Made by a program: the position numbers and the translations under genes. A DNA stretch of 64,000 bases from NCBI GenBank assembly GCA_951406725.2, contig OX597816.1, forward strand, positions 27,218,001 to 27,282,000, given 5' to 3'. Numbering within the stretch: position 1 is the stretch's first letter; every line of letters starts with the position of its first letter. The notes below the pieces were generated by a model, which worked only from the letters and a program-made list of their open reading frames with translations, made no database searches and was not told the DNA's origin. Source of the stretch: Octopus vulgaris. Taxonomy: Eukaryota. This document shows, piece after piece, positions 1 to 10,778 of the stretch.

Positions 1-700
1 AACAGCAGCAGTCTAAATACTTTCACTTAGAGTCACTTAAAATTTATTTAAACTCCAGTCTACCTTGAAACATTTGTGATGATATGAACATGTTCTATAA
101 CCCTAAAATCTAAGTAATCTAACTGTTGTGTATGTGTGTGTGTTGAATGTACAATGAGTTAAAGAGTATATAATACATATTATATTTATTTGTTCAAAGA
201 TGATGATTCACCATCTCTATTCAGAGTTGCCATGAAAATAATTTCTGTACACTAATTAAATTCAGAATAGATCAAATATGGGAAATGACATAAAATCTCT
301 GTATTTCAATAATTAATAACTAATCCAAGTGTTCAGTAAAATGAGTGGTGAAAGTGAAGTTGTGAAAGTGAAAGTTGTGAAAATCATTAGTGACAGGAGT
401 GTCTGGCTAGGTTCTCACACCAGATACTCTAGAGCCCTTACTTGAACGTTTGTATAGAATAACATATAGTAGTAATATTTTACACGAGGGAAAGAAGTGG
501 AAACTTGTTCCATATAAGAAATAACAGTGTACAAGGGACAAAATAACCAGTTACTTTTAGAGAAATAAACTATTTTTTATACACAGATCTGTAATATTTC
601 AAAAGCTAATGTAAAGCAAAGGTTTTGAAGGGTTGTAGGTATCACACAGAATGTTGTGAGGGTAGGGGTAAGAATAAACAAATATGAAAGAAACTGTTAG

Positions 701-1384
701 AAAACTGACTGATTTTCCCCAGTTCCTTTATAAAAAAAACACATTATGCAATCCATTGCCCTTGTTGAAGACACAACTTGAGCCTCAGGTGTCTTAAATG
801 GAGTCTACTCTGTTAGAAGGATTGAGATGTTGTGTCTCAGGAGATATAATATATTAATGTATGGTTACACTTTTCAGTATCAACAGCTTTTTTTATTTGT
901 TATGCTTTATCCTTCCTTCTGCTATATACCCAGTTGCCTCAGAATCCTATGAGAGTCATGATAGTTATCTTTCTTCCTCTGAGTAAGAAAAACGTTTTGT
1001 TTATCACGTTAAGGAAGAAAATAGAAAAAGTGAAGTTGAGTAACACTGGAAAATAAAAGGATTAAAAAGTATAACATACCTTTGCTTTGTATCCGGAAAT
1101 TTATCTGTTTGTCAAAGGGATGAGGTACACCATATCCACAAAATTCCACTCTAGGACTGAAACATAAAAGCATCATCAGTTACACCACCTCTACTCATGT
1201 CTTACAACTGCCTTCATTGGCAATATATTATCTCTCCTGAGACACAACATCTCAATCCTTCTAACAGAGTAGACTCCACTTAAGGCACCTGAGATCCAAG
1301 TTGTGTGTTAAAGAAGGGTAATGTGGATTGCACAATTCTTTTTTCTAAAAAAAAAAAGGAACTAGTGAAAATCAGTCAGTTTCC
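701..1384. repeat. Inverted repeat pair (about 701-855 and 1221-1384) flanking POLR1D exon 1080-1156
   Basis: e.g. ggagtctactctgttagaaggattgagatgttgtgtctcaggaga is exactly reverse-complemented in the right arm. Confidence 0.9.
1080..1156 (-). CDS. POLR1D: POLR1D/RPAC2 (AC19, Pol I/III shared subunit) internal exon, 77 nt; gene continues off the left edge
   Basis: Minus strand tttcag|...caaag|gtatgt. Phase 2 in, phase 1 out. Translates (D)PRVEFCGYGVPHPFDKQINFRIQSK(G), matching the RPAC2/Rpb11-family motif P.VEFCGY..PHP....I..RIQ. Confidence 0.93.
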
Positions 1385-3532
1385 ACATCAAACAGTTTTT
1401 CCCACTTTTGGCTCCTACCAAAGTCGCCTTACTGGCACCTGTGCCGGTGGCATGTGTAAAAGGATTCGAGCAAGGTCGTTGCCAATACCACCTGACTGGC
1501 CCCCGTGCCGGGGCATGTAAAAAGCACCCATTACACTCTCGGAGTGGTTGGCGTTAGGAAGGGCATCCAGCTGTAGAAACTCTGCCAAATAAAGATTGGA
1601 GCCTGGTGCAACCATCTGGTTCGCCAGCCCTCAGTCAAAATCGTCCAACCCATGCTAGCACAGAAAGCGGACGTTTAACGATGATGATGATGCACAGTAG
1701 CTCTAACACCATCTTTTTACCTTCCCATTCTGACAGTCAACTTTATATTCTAAGATGGCCAGCTATTACTTTCTAATAACATCTTCACAAGCTACAGAAT
1801 TTTTCAGTCTATTTCCTCATATTAGCTATGTCCTTTATCTGGTTAACCACCAAACTTTTAGGGGTAGAACTGATTGTTGGGTAGCCTATGGCAGGCTGGT
1901 AGAATCATGTGACTGTTCCCACAGATACACTGCAATGGTTTAAGTTTTGAACATATAGCTTTATGGAACGGTGCCTTATGGAACTTGCCATAGTGAAAGA
2001 ACATTAAGCTTAAATAATAATTACTCTCTTAATATACAAATCTATGAACTTACATTAAAAAAAGCCCGAAGATATCTCACATTTGATAACAGAAAATAGA
2101 AATATTTAAAAAAAAAAAAACAGCACAGCTGAGGTATGGCTGCATGGTTAAGAAGTTTCATTGCTACATGATTTCGGATTCAAACCCATGGCACTTGGAC
2201 AGGTGTTGTCTACCATAACCTTGGGTTGCCCAATACTGTGTGTGTAAATGTTTTGTATATTTATAGGTAGTGGAGTGTTTACAAATGTACACAGAATTAG
2301 TTTTTGAAAAAGTAAAAGATCTCAATATCTTAAAGTAAATATTTATATCTGTTACAGTTCCAGTTTACAGCATACCATTACTCAGAACTTACATCAGCCA
2401 ACACATAGAAAGCAGACATCAAAGGATGTCTAATGATACTGATGAAGTATGTATGTGTGAGTATATTACACTGTTGTAATCGTAATATGGTCATCTAGTA
2501 TACAGTTAATGCACAATTTGAGCCCTGTGGATGGTTGTTACTTTTTTTCTATCAAAAGATTTTACCCAATATACTCTGTGGAGGCACATGGCCTAGTGGT
2601 TAGAGCAGCGGACTCGCGGTCATGGGATCGCGGGTTCGAATCTCAGACCGGACGATATGTGTGCTTATGAGCGAAACACCTAAGTTCCATGCGGCTTCGG
2701 CAGAAGGTAATGGCGAAACTTCAGCTGACTCTTTCGCCACAACTTTCTCTCACTCTTTCCTCCTGCATCTTGCAGCTCACCTGTGATGGACCGGCGTCCC
2801 GTCCAGGTGGGGAACCTATACGCCAAGAAACTGGGAAACCAGCCCTTATGAGCCAGGTATGGCTCGAGAAGGAACAACAAAAACAATATACTCTGAACTA
2901 TTATCATAGCTCCTTTTTTATTTCTATATGTCAGTGTGTATATGCCACCAATAAATTGGAATCTTTTAACCTTTACCTGTCTCAGTCATTGGACTGTGAC
3001 CATGCTGGGGCACTACCTTGAAGGGTTTAGTTGAATGACTTGACCCCAGTACTATTTTTTAAAGTCTGGTACTTAATCTGTCAATCTCATGCCAAACTGC
3101 TATGTTACAGGGACGAAAACAAACCAACACTAGTTGTCAAGTGGTGGTGCAGGAAAACACACACACACATATATGACAGGCTTCTTTTAATTTCCATCTA
3201 CCAATTCCATTCATGAGACTTTGGTCAACCCAGGGATATAATAGAAGACACCTGACTTGTGTGTAGCAGATGTAAGATTTGTTCTCGTAGACTGGTAGGA
3301 ATGACTAGTCTCATACCATACAGTAAACATCCATGACACGGGCACTGAACCCAGAATATATTTTTCTGTCAGTTTTAGGCCCATTTGTACCAAGATGTAC
3401 TAAGCCATTAAATTAAATATGGAAACATTTGATGGCAGTGCTTCATCATGTCCCATAAAAGGATAGAAGAATAAAGAATAAGCATTAACTATAATAAACC
3501 ATAAAGGAACAAATGATTTGGTCGTTACTTAC

Positions 3533-3633
3533 TCTTTCATGATAACATAACGTAATGCATTGCCAAGTGTGTGGTCTTCATTGTGTAAGATAAATGTCTG
3601 GCTGAGGGAGTCAATACTTTCTAGATGTGGTAG
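3533..3633 (-). CDS. POLR1D: POLR1D/RPAC2 exon, 101 nt
   Basis: ttatgttacag|cta...aaaga|gtaagt. Translates LPHLESIDSLSQTFILHNEDHTLGNALRYVIMK, the EDHTLGN signature of RPAC2/Rpb11. Phase 2 joins 1080-1156. Confidence 0.94.
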
Positions 3634-3691
3634 CTGTAACATAAAATCACAGAAAGTGTATGTGTTTGAATATATATATTTATATATATAT

Positions 3692-4028
3692 ATGATTATT
3701 ATTATTTGAGGGAATAAAATCCAAACTTACAAGGAAAAAGAATTCAATTTAGAAATACTAAATCAAATTCCACACAATATAATATATATATATATATAAA
3801 ATATTAGAAAAAAACCACCTTTTATCAATTCAAAATGAATAATTAAATTACACCATCTAGAAAATTACATATAAGAGAAAAGTTAAAATTTTGTAATTTA
3901 CTTAATTTTTACTTTTTATTGTTTAATTTTAACTTTTCTATTACATGTAATTTTCTAGATGGTGTAATTTAATTATTCATTTTGAATTGATAAAAGGTGG
4001 GTTTTTTTCTAATATTTTTATATATATA
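3692..4028. mobile_element. AT-rich foldback repeat (arms about 3791-3890 and 3925-4027); same family at about 33775-34020 and 36860-37545; probably a Penelope-like terminus
   Basis: Inverted arms are visible and there are near-identical copies elsewhere in the window, (TA)n-associated. Family assignment is inference. Confidence 0.65.
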
Positions 4029-4086
4029 CACACACACATATATCAATAATATTAATACACTTAGTTTTGTTTGTTTTTATACATAC

Positions 4087-4099
4087 CTGTGGTGTCACA
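4087..4099 (-). CDS. POLR1D: 13-nt microexon (tgtgacaccacag) of the POLR1D/CARD unit
   Basis: Long polypyrimidine tract (about 4100-4170 on the minus strand) ending ...cctttgaag, with donor cag|gtatgt. Its length puts the ATG of the 26-nt exon in frame with the EDHTLGN exon (H-V-T-P-Q). Confidence 0.72.
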
Positions 4100-5265
4100 C
4101 TTCAAAGGAAGAGGTAAAAAGATTGAAGGGAGAGGTACAAAAAAAAAAAAAAAAAAAGAGAAATAAAAGGTATTAAGCTGTTATGTTTTAATACAGTATT
4201 ATTAACTTGGATTGCATTACTCGAATGCAAGCCAATAATGGAGTCAATATGTGAGCAAATACAACACAATATACACTCAAAAATATGCACTGATTAAAAA
4301 AAACAGCAGAACCTAAAGATCCACATGCAAAAAGTATCACACCACTTACAAAACAAACTAGTATTTAATCGACCCCGAAAGGATGAAAGGCAAAGTCAAC
4401 CTCTGCGGAATTTGAACTCAGAACGTAGCGGCAGATGAAATACCACTAAGCATTTCGCCTGGTGTGCTAACGATTCTGCCAGCTCGCTGCCTTAAACTGA
4501 AATTTGCATGGAATCTGTTGGAATGGAGCAAAAATCCATATTCACAAATATTCTGAGCAATAATATAGTAAAATAAGCTGAATCATTGAGATTTTCCAGT
4601 CAATGAAACTGAGGGGATTGAAGCAAGAAAGTAAAATGATTGGGTAACAAGTTATATTTAATCCACAAGAAAAAGAGAAATTCATTAAGTGATTTTCACT
4701 TGAGGCAAGTGAAAATCAAAATCAAAAGCTAAATCGATCAACATCAATGGAAATTGTAGCTGTGATACCAGTGCCGGTGGCACATAAGAGAACCGTCCGA
4801 ACGTGGCCTTTGCCAGCGCCGCCCTGTAAAAACACCATCCGATCGTGGCTGTTGCCAGCCTTACCTGGCCTCCGTGCCGGTGGCACGTAAAAAGCACCAT
4901 CCGATCGTGGCCGTTTGCCAGCCTCGTCTGGCACGTAAAAAGCACCAACTACACTCATGGAGTGGTTGGCGTTAGGAAGGGCATCCAGCCATAGAAACAT
5001 TGCCAGATCAGACTGGGCCTGGTGCAGCCTTCTGGCTTCCCAGACCCCAGTTGAACCGTCCAACCCATGCTAGCATGGAAAGCGGACGCTAAACGATGAT
5101 GATGATCAACCTCAGAACAGAGACTGAGAAAGGAAAAACTTTAGCCCTCATCATGCTTGCTGCAAGTTTATTTGAAGGCAACAGTTCAGGAGGTTTTGCT
5201 TAAATAAGCTCTTAAACATGTGGATTCATCTAAAAGGATCTGTTTACACATATATTACCACTACT

Positions 5266-5683
5266 GGATCTTTTCTGTTTGAACGGCAGTTTTTTAACAT
5301 AATTTCTAGGTAACTAAAAAGTTTTAAACTTCGTATACTGGTAGAATGTGTTTATAAAACATCTTTTTCTCTTGGCTTTATTGAGAAAATTCTATAGTGT
5401 GTAAGATATTTGTTGTTTTTTTTTCTTCTTCAATTTCTGCAATTTCAACCAATCACTGACGTCCATTGAGGTAAACAACATTCTGTGCCGTATGAATATG
5501 TCCCTCGTTTAAGAAACAGATTGGGTTTATTTACATTTGTGAAGAAAAAAAGATACCCTTCCCCCCCCACCCCTAACCCTAAAATAGATTGAAATGTAAT
5601 AGATCGATACTAGAGTAATAATTATGGGTGACAATTTCATATGACACCGCTAGAGAAAACTGCCATTCAAACCGAAAAGATCC
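5266..5683. mobile_element. About 415-bp MITE with GGATCTTTTCGGTTTGAACGGCAG TIRs and 8-bp TSD (Merlin/Mutator-like)
   Basis: TIRs at both ends; TSD ccactact. Confidence 0.88.
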
Positions 5684-5845
5684 CCACTACTACAAAGATG
5701 ATGAATGACATTAATATTCATTGGTATGACATCAGCTGGAACAGAGAAAAACTATGGCAAAAGGACTGGGATGTTAATAGAAATGTTGATGAAAATACAT
5801 ATTCACAAACATTCCTAGCAATAATATTTAAATAAAGCAACTTAC

Positions 5846-5871
5846 TGACTTTCTGTTTTCATCATCAAAAT
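5846..5871 (-). CDS. POLR1D: 26-nt exon carrying the probable POLR1D start codons (ATGATG at 5865/5862); also open in the CARD frame
   Basis: tttgtttctcatttcag|attttgatgatgaaaacagaaagtca|gtaagt, strong splice sites on both sides. Frame A reads MMKTES(H); frame B reads (D)FDDENRKS. Confidence 0.75.
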
Positions 5872-5959
5872 CTGAAATGAGAAACAAAACAGAAAAATCA
5901 ATTACAGAACAAAAATGTCTTGCAATCAACTTGCACATGCAAGTGCTACCAGTCAAAAA

Positions 5960-6285
5960 CTCCACATACCGGAAGCCAGCAAGTGTATGGGGTCATCAGG
6001 AGAGAATGTGCGCCGTTTCGATACCTACCTCTTGACGGCATCAATGCCCACCGGCACCCCCCACTGATATGAGGCCCTGCTTGCTAGATCAGCTGGTTAT
6101 CAAATAAAGCTCAATATCCTTCTAGCCATCGCCTCTTTTTAACCAAATCCAGTGGCTAACCTTCTCCACTGTAGATTGGATATCGGTCATGGTGGTATTG
6201 ACTTTACGATGAGTTAGGCCTAGCGATAACAACAGTCATCTCACACTGTGTCCAACGAACTTCGATTGGAAAATGTTCCGCTTTA
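5960..6285 (-). mobile_element. 3' remnant of a Hero/NeSL-like (restriction-endonuclease-type) non-LTR retrotransposon
   Basis: Degenerate translation EHFPIEV...HSVR*LLLSLGLTHRKVNTTMTDIQSTVEKVSHWIWLKR, resembling the Hero C-terminal 'PIEVGCRG...AS.WIWLKR', followed by a GC-rich 3' UTR. Confidence 0.65.
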
Positions 6286-7566
6286 ATTTTAATTTCTCTT
6301 TTTTAATCATTGAGTCCAATCTTCAGTACCACTTACATTCACTTCCCTGTAACTTGAGGGTATGCCCAGACTCATCTTCACCACCGAGTTTTCTCTCTCT
6401 CTTTCTTTTCCAACTGTGGTAGCCATGTATCTCCTTTATAGCAAGACATCTGTTTCTGCCCCTCTATCATATTTTAACCACACATCACTTAATACCAACA
6501 CCTCCTCCCTCGACAGAGAGGCCCAGTTTTGTAGGTTACTTGGTAGTTTCACTGGTGTTGGTACCACATAAAAAGTACTCAGTACACAGTAATGTGGTTG
6601 GTGTTAGGAAGGGTATTCAGTGATAGAAACCATACCAAAGCAGAAATTAGAGCTTGGCACAATCCTCTGTTTGACGGCTCCTGTTGAATAGTCCGACCCA
6701 TGCTAACATAGAAAATGGACATTAAATGGTGATTTGCTACAAAAGACTGCAGTGAAAATAAGAAAGGTCAACAAATAAAAGAAGGTAAGGAAAGCAGATC
6801 ATTGTTTGTTCCTTCTTGAGCCATGCTTGGCTCATAAGGGCCAGTTTCCCGGTTTCCTTGGCGTATAGGTTCCCCACCTGGACGGGACGCTGGTCCATCG
6901 CAGGTGAGCTGCAAGATGCAGCAGGAAAGTTCACCATTACCTTCTGCCGGAGCTGTGTGGAGCTTAGGTGTTTCGCTCATAAACACACACATCACCCGGT
7001 CTGAGATTCAAACCCGCGATCCCTCGACCGCGAGTCCGCTGCTCTAACCATTAGGCCATGTGCCTCCACAAAGCAGATCATTCATAAAGGCTAGTCTCTC
7101 GTCCATATGCATCACATACTCAAACCAACAGTTTTCTCTCTTGCACACTACTTCTGATTCCTTATGCTCAATTTTCCTCTCAATACATTTGTTCTCCATC
7201 AAACATCACACGCTGACACTGCACATCCAGTGGGAAATGCTTATTTTGTTCTTTTCTAGTCTTTGCAGCTCCTCTACATTCAAGGGCCATATCTCACTCG
7301 CATGTAGCACTGCTATTTGCACACAACCATAGTACAATATACTTTTTACAGAGAGAGAAAACTTTTACTGCCAACAAAGGTATATTGCTCTTATTCTGGC
7401 TACTGTAATTCAAGAACACAGTCCTCCATTGTTAATTGGTCACCTAGATAACAGATGCTATCTACTACTTCTAAGGATCCGCTTAGGCATTTGAAAGCAT
7501 TTATTTCCCATGTACTCTTAGAGTTTATTACTCTTGTGCATCTGCTACATACATCTGCTTTCTCTG

Positions 7567-7794
7567 TTAACCCTTTCATTCCCATATTTATTTTGAGATG
7601 TTCTGTGTTTCTTTCAATTACTTTAAACATAACAAAATATTTAGTAAAATGACTGAGTTATCATTAAGCTAGTGTTAGGAACATAAATTGTGACTAAGGT
7701 TTGGTGGAAGATTTAAATTCAGAACTTATGAAAACAAGACATTTGTACTCAGAGTCAGAGCCGGTTTCAGGCGGGTTGGTAACAAAAGGGTTAA
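7567..7794. mobile_element. piggyBac-like MITE (TTAA/CCCTTT termini) inserted into a decayed RTE fragment (about 7085-7870); further copies at 10803-11031, 27541-27771 and 35314-35542
   Basis: ttaaccctt...aagggttaa termini with TTAA TSD; four near-identical copies. Confidence 0.88.
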
Positions 7795-8262
7795 ACTGCC
7801 TGATTGCACTGCACCTTTTGTGTGGCCAGGTTTGTACTAAGTACTCCATATCAAAATTCTACTCACTCCTTTTCTACATAAAGCACAACAATAAATGTAT
7901 TCCTCTCATAATGCTTGTCCTCTCTCATCGTTTAAACTCTGAAGTCAACTTTCTCCTGTTCTCCTCTCAGCCATGAGTCCCTTTAGTTTCGCAAGTTACA
8001 AGACAAATTCACTAGTGCTGATGCCAAGAAAAAAAGCACCTAGCAAACCCTGTAATGTAGATGGCATCTAGTTATAGAAACTGTAGTGGGAATATATATT
8101 CAGTACCAGGTGTTGATATGACTGTGTGTATATTATTACAGGAGTTCATATAGAGATGAAGAATAAATTCTAGAACTATATATTTACTATATGAAAATAT
8201 ATTTTATTTACTGGTTGATGATGATACATAATCAAAATGTAGAAGCTACTTGAATGAAGTAA

Positions 8263-9342
8263 TCATCATCATCATCGTTTAGCGTCCACTTTCCATGCTA
8301 GCATGGGTTGGATGGTTCAACTGGGGTCTGGGAAGCCAGAAGGCTGCACCAGGCCCAGTCTGATCTGGCAATGTTTCTATGGCTGGATGCCTCTCCTAAC
8401 GCCAACCACTCTGTGAGTGTAGAGGGTGCTTTTTACGTGCCACTGGCACAGGTGCCAGACGAGTCTGGCAAACGGCCACGATTGGATGGTGCTTTTTACG
8501 TGCCAGACGAGGCTAGCAAACAGCCACGATCGGATGGTGCTTTTTACGTGCCACCGGCACAGGTGCCAGACGAGGCTAGCAAACAGCCACGATCGGATGG
8601 TGCTTTTTACGTGCCACCGGCACAGGTGCCAGACGAGGCTAGCAAACAGCCACGATCGGATGGTGCTTTTACGTGCCACCGGCACAGGTGCCAGACGAGG
8701 CTAGCAAACAGCCACGATCGGATGGTGCTTTTTACGTGCCACCGGCACAGGTGCCAGACGAGGCTAGCAAACAGCCACGATCGGATGGTGCTTTTTACGT
8801 ACCACCGGCACAGGTGCCAGACGAGGCTAGCAAACAGCCACGATCGGATGGTGCTTTTTACGTGCCAGACGAGGCTAGCAAACAGCCACGATCGGATGGT
8901 GCTTTTTACGTGCCAGACGAGGCTAGCAAACAGCCACGATCGGATGGTGCTTTTTACGTGCCACCGGCACAGGTGCCAGACGAGGCTAGCAAACAGCCAC
9001 GATCGGATGGTGCTTTTTACGTACCACCGGCACAGGTGCCAGACGAGGCTAGCAAACAGCCACGATCGGATGGTGCTTTTTACGTGCCACCGGCACAGGT
9101 GCCAGACGGGGCTAGCAAACAGCCATGATCGGATGGTGCTTTTTACATGCCACCGGCACGGAGGCCAGTCGGGGCAGCGCTGGCAACGGCCACGTTCGGA
9201 TGGTTCTCTTACGTACCACCGGCACTGGTATCACAGCTGCAATTTCCATTGATGTTGATCGATTTCGATTTTCACTTGCATCAACAGGTCTTCACAAGTA
9301 GAGTTTTGTGTCCCAAGAAGAAAAGGTATGCATAAGTGGACT
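8263..9342 (-). repeat. RTE 3' tail with an expanded minisatellite (about 12 units of 63 or 48 bp, 8425-9150)
   Basis: Unit ggtgctttttacgtgccaccggcacaggtgccagacgaggctagcaaacagccacgatcggat; the short variant lacks 15 bp. Confidence 0.92.
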
Positions 9343-10621
9343 CTAATCTATACAAAAAAGTTCAGAGATAGGAAATATAGAAATAACAGCTAAGTGGTGG
9401 CTTTCAGTCAGGTGATATAGAGAAATAGACAGACATAGCAATGGCGTAAATGGCTCCAAGTCTAATCGACAAAGAAGTGAAGAGCAGAGTTAGCAAGCTG
9501 TTTTAATTAATGGAACGCTAGACATTCTAGAAACTTCCAAGAGAAACAATAAGCTTATTGAATAATTAAGAATCACGCCTCATGACACAGATGAACTGAG
9601 AAACTTAGTAAAGGGAGGTTACTCTATAAACCTTCTTGCAAGAAAGATCATTCAATTATTTTAGCTACATAGAGTACTACAAAACCATGCCAAAACTGGA
9701 ACATTGGAGCAAATCAGCTACTACCAAACTGTCCAATCCAAGCAAGCATGGACAGGTGTAAAATGATAATTATATATGCATGCATTTTATCAATGTGGAG
9801 GCACAATGGCTCAGTGGTTAGGGCAGCAGACTCGCGGCCGGAGGATCGTGGTTTCGATTCTCAGACAGGGCATTGTGAGTGCTTATTGAGTGTAAACACC
9901 TTAAGCTCCATGAGGCCCCGGCAGGGGGTGGTGGTGAACCCTGCTGTACTCTTTCACCACAACTTTCTCTCACTCTTTTTCCCTGTTTCTGTTGTACCTG
10001 TATTTCAAAGGGCCAGCCTTGTCACTCTCTGTGTCACCTCTGAATCTCCTCGAGAACTACGTTAAGGGTACACATGTCTGCGGAGTGCTCAGCCACCTGC
10101 ACGTTAATAAATGAGCTGTGACGTCACTGGTGCCAAGCTGTATCGGCCTTTGCCTTTCCCTTGGATAACATCGGTGGCTTGAAGAGGGAAAGCTGGTATG
10201 CATGGGCGACTGCTGGTCTTCCATAAACAACCTTGCCCAGACTTGTACCTCGGAAGGTAACTTTCTAGGTGCAATTCCATGGCTATTTACAAATACTGCA
10301 AGATCTACTATGTCAAGACTCAACATTTCTGCTAGTTCAGTATTCTAGGGTGAATCAACCCTGGAAGGTTGAAAGTTGACCTTGGTAGGATTTAGACTTA
10401 GAATGCAAGTTGCTGAAATAAATATAGCAAAACATTTTGTGTGATGCTTTAATGACTTACTCAGTCTTAAATATCTGTGTGTGTCTGCATACATACACAC
10501 ACACACAACATATACAAGACAAGAGGGAACATCTTTACATAGTCACTCAATTAACTCTCAGGTGTGCCTATTCAAAGTTGACCAGGATCTAAATAATATA
10601 AACAACCACCTGTAAACCTAC

Positions 10622-10778
10622 CTGTTGTGGGAACTTTCCTACTTTCCTTCAGTACATTTGCTAAGTTGGTATTGTCGGTGCGAACCAAAGCATCCAGAAA
10701 TGATTCGAAACATTTGATGCCTTTCTTTTCAACCATTTTCAATAATTTCTTCACTTTGGTCTTTCTTTCATCCTCTTG
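10622..10778 (-). CDS. CARD domain exon 2 (helices 4-6)
   Basis: tttttctctatttag|caa... translates QEDERKTKVKKLLKMVEKKGIKCFESFLDALVRTDNTNLANVLKESRKVPTT, a typical CARD pattern LL..l..kG..aF..FL.AL......LA..L. Donor acag|gtaggt at 10621, alternative donor 12 nt further on, or read-through to the stop at 10572. Confidence 0.82.

Noticed and set aside
64-102. Possible next POLR1D exon on the minus strand (tttag|39 nt|gtagac)
   Set aside because: In the required phase it reads G-L-stop with no RPAC2 similarity, and the pyrimidine tract is weak. The true last exon is probably outside the window.
2577-2650. tRNA-like sequences (also at 12749, 22570, 55608 and others)
   Set aside because: These are SINE heads continuing into SINE bodies with tails or TSDs, not tRNA genes.
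5563-5585. Telomere-like CCCTAACCCTAA
   Set aside because: Only two units, and an internal part of the GGATC MITE in every copy.
8308-9252. 314-aa ORF and CRISPR-like periodicity
   Set aside because: Head-to-tail minisatellite inside an RTE 3' UTR. There are no unique spacers or cas genes, the context is eukaryotic, and the ORF results from unit lengths divisible by 3.
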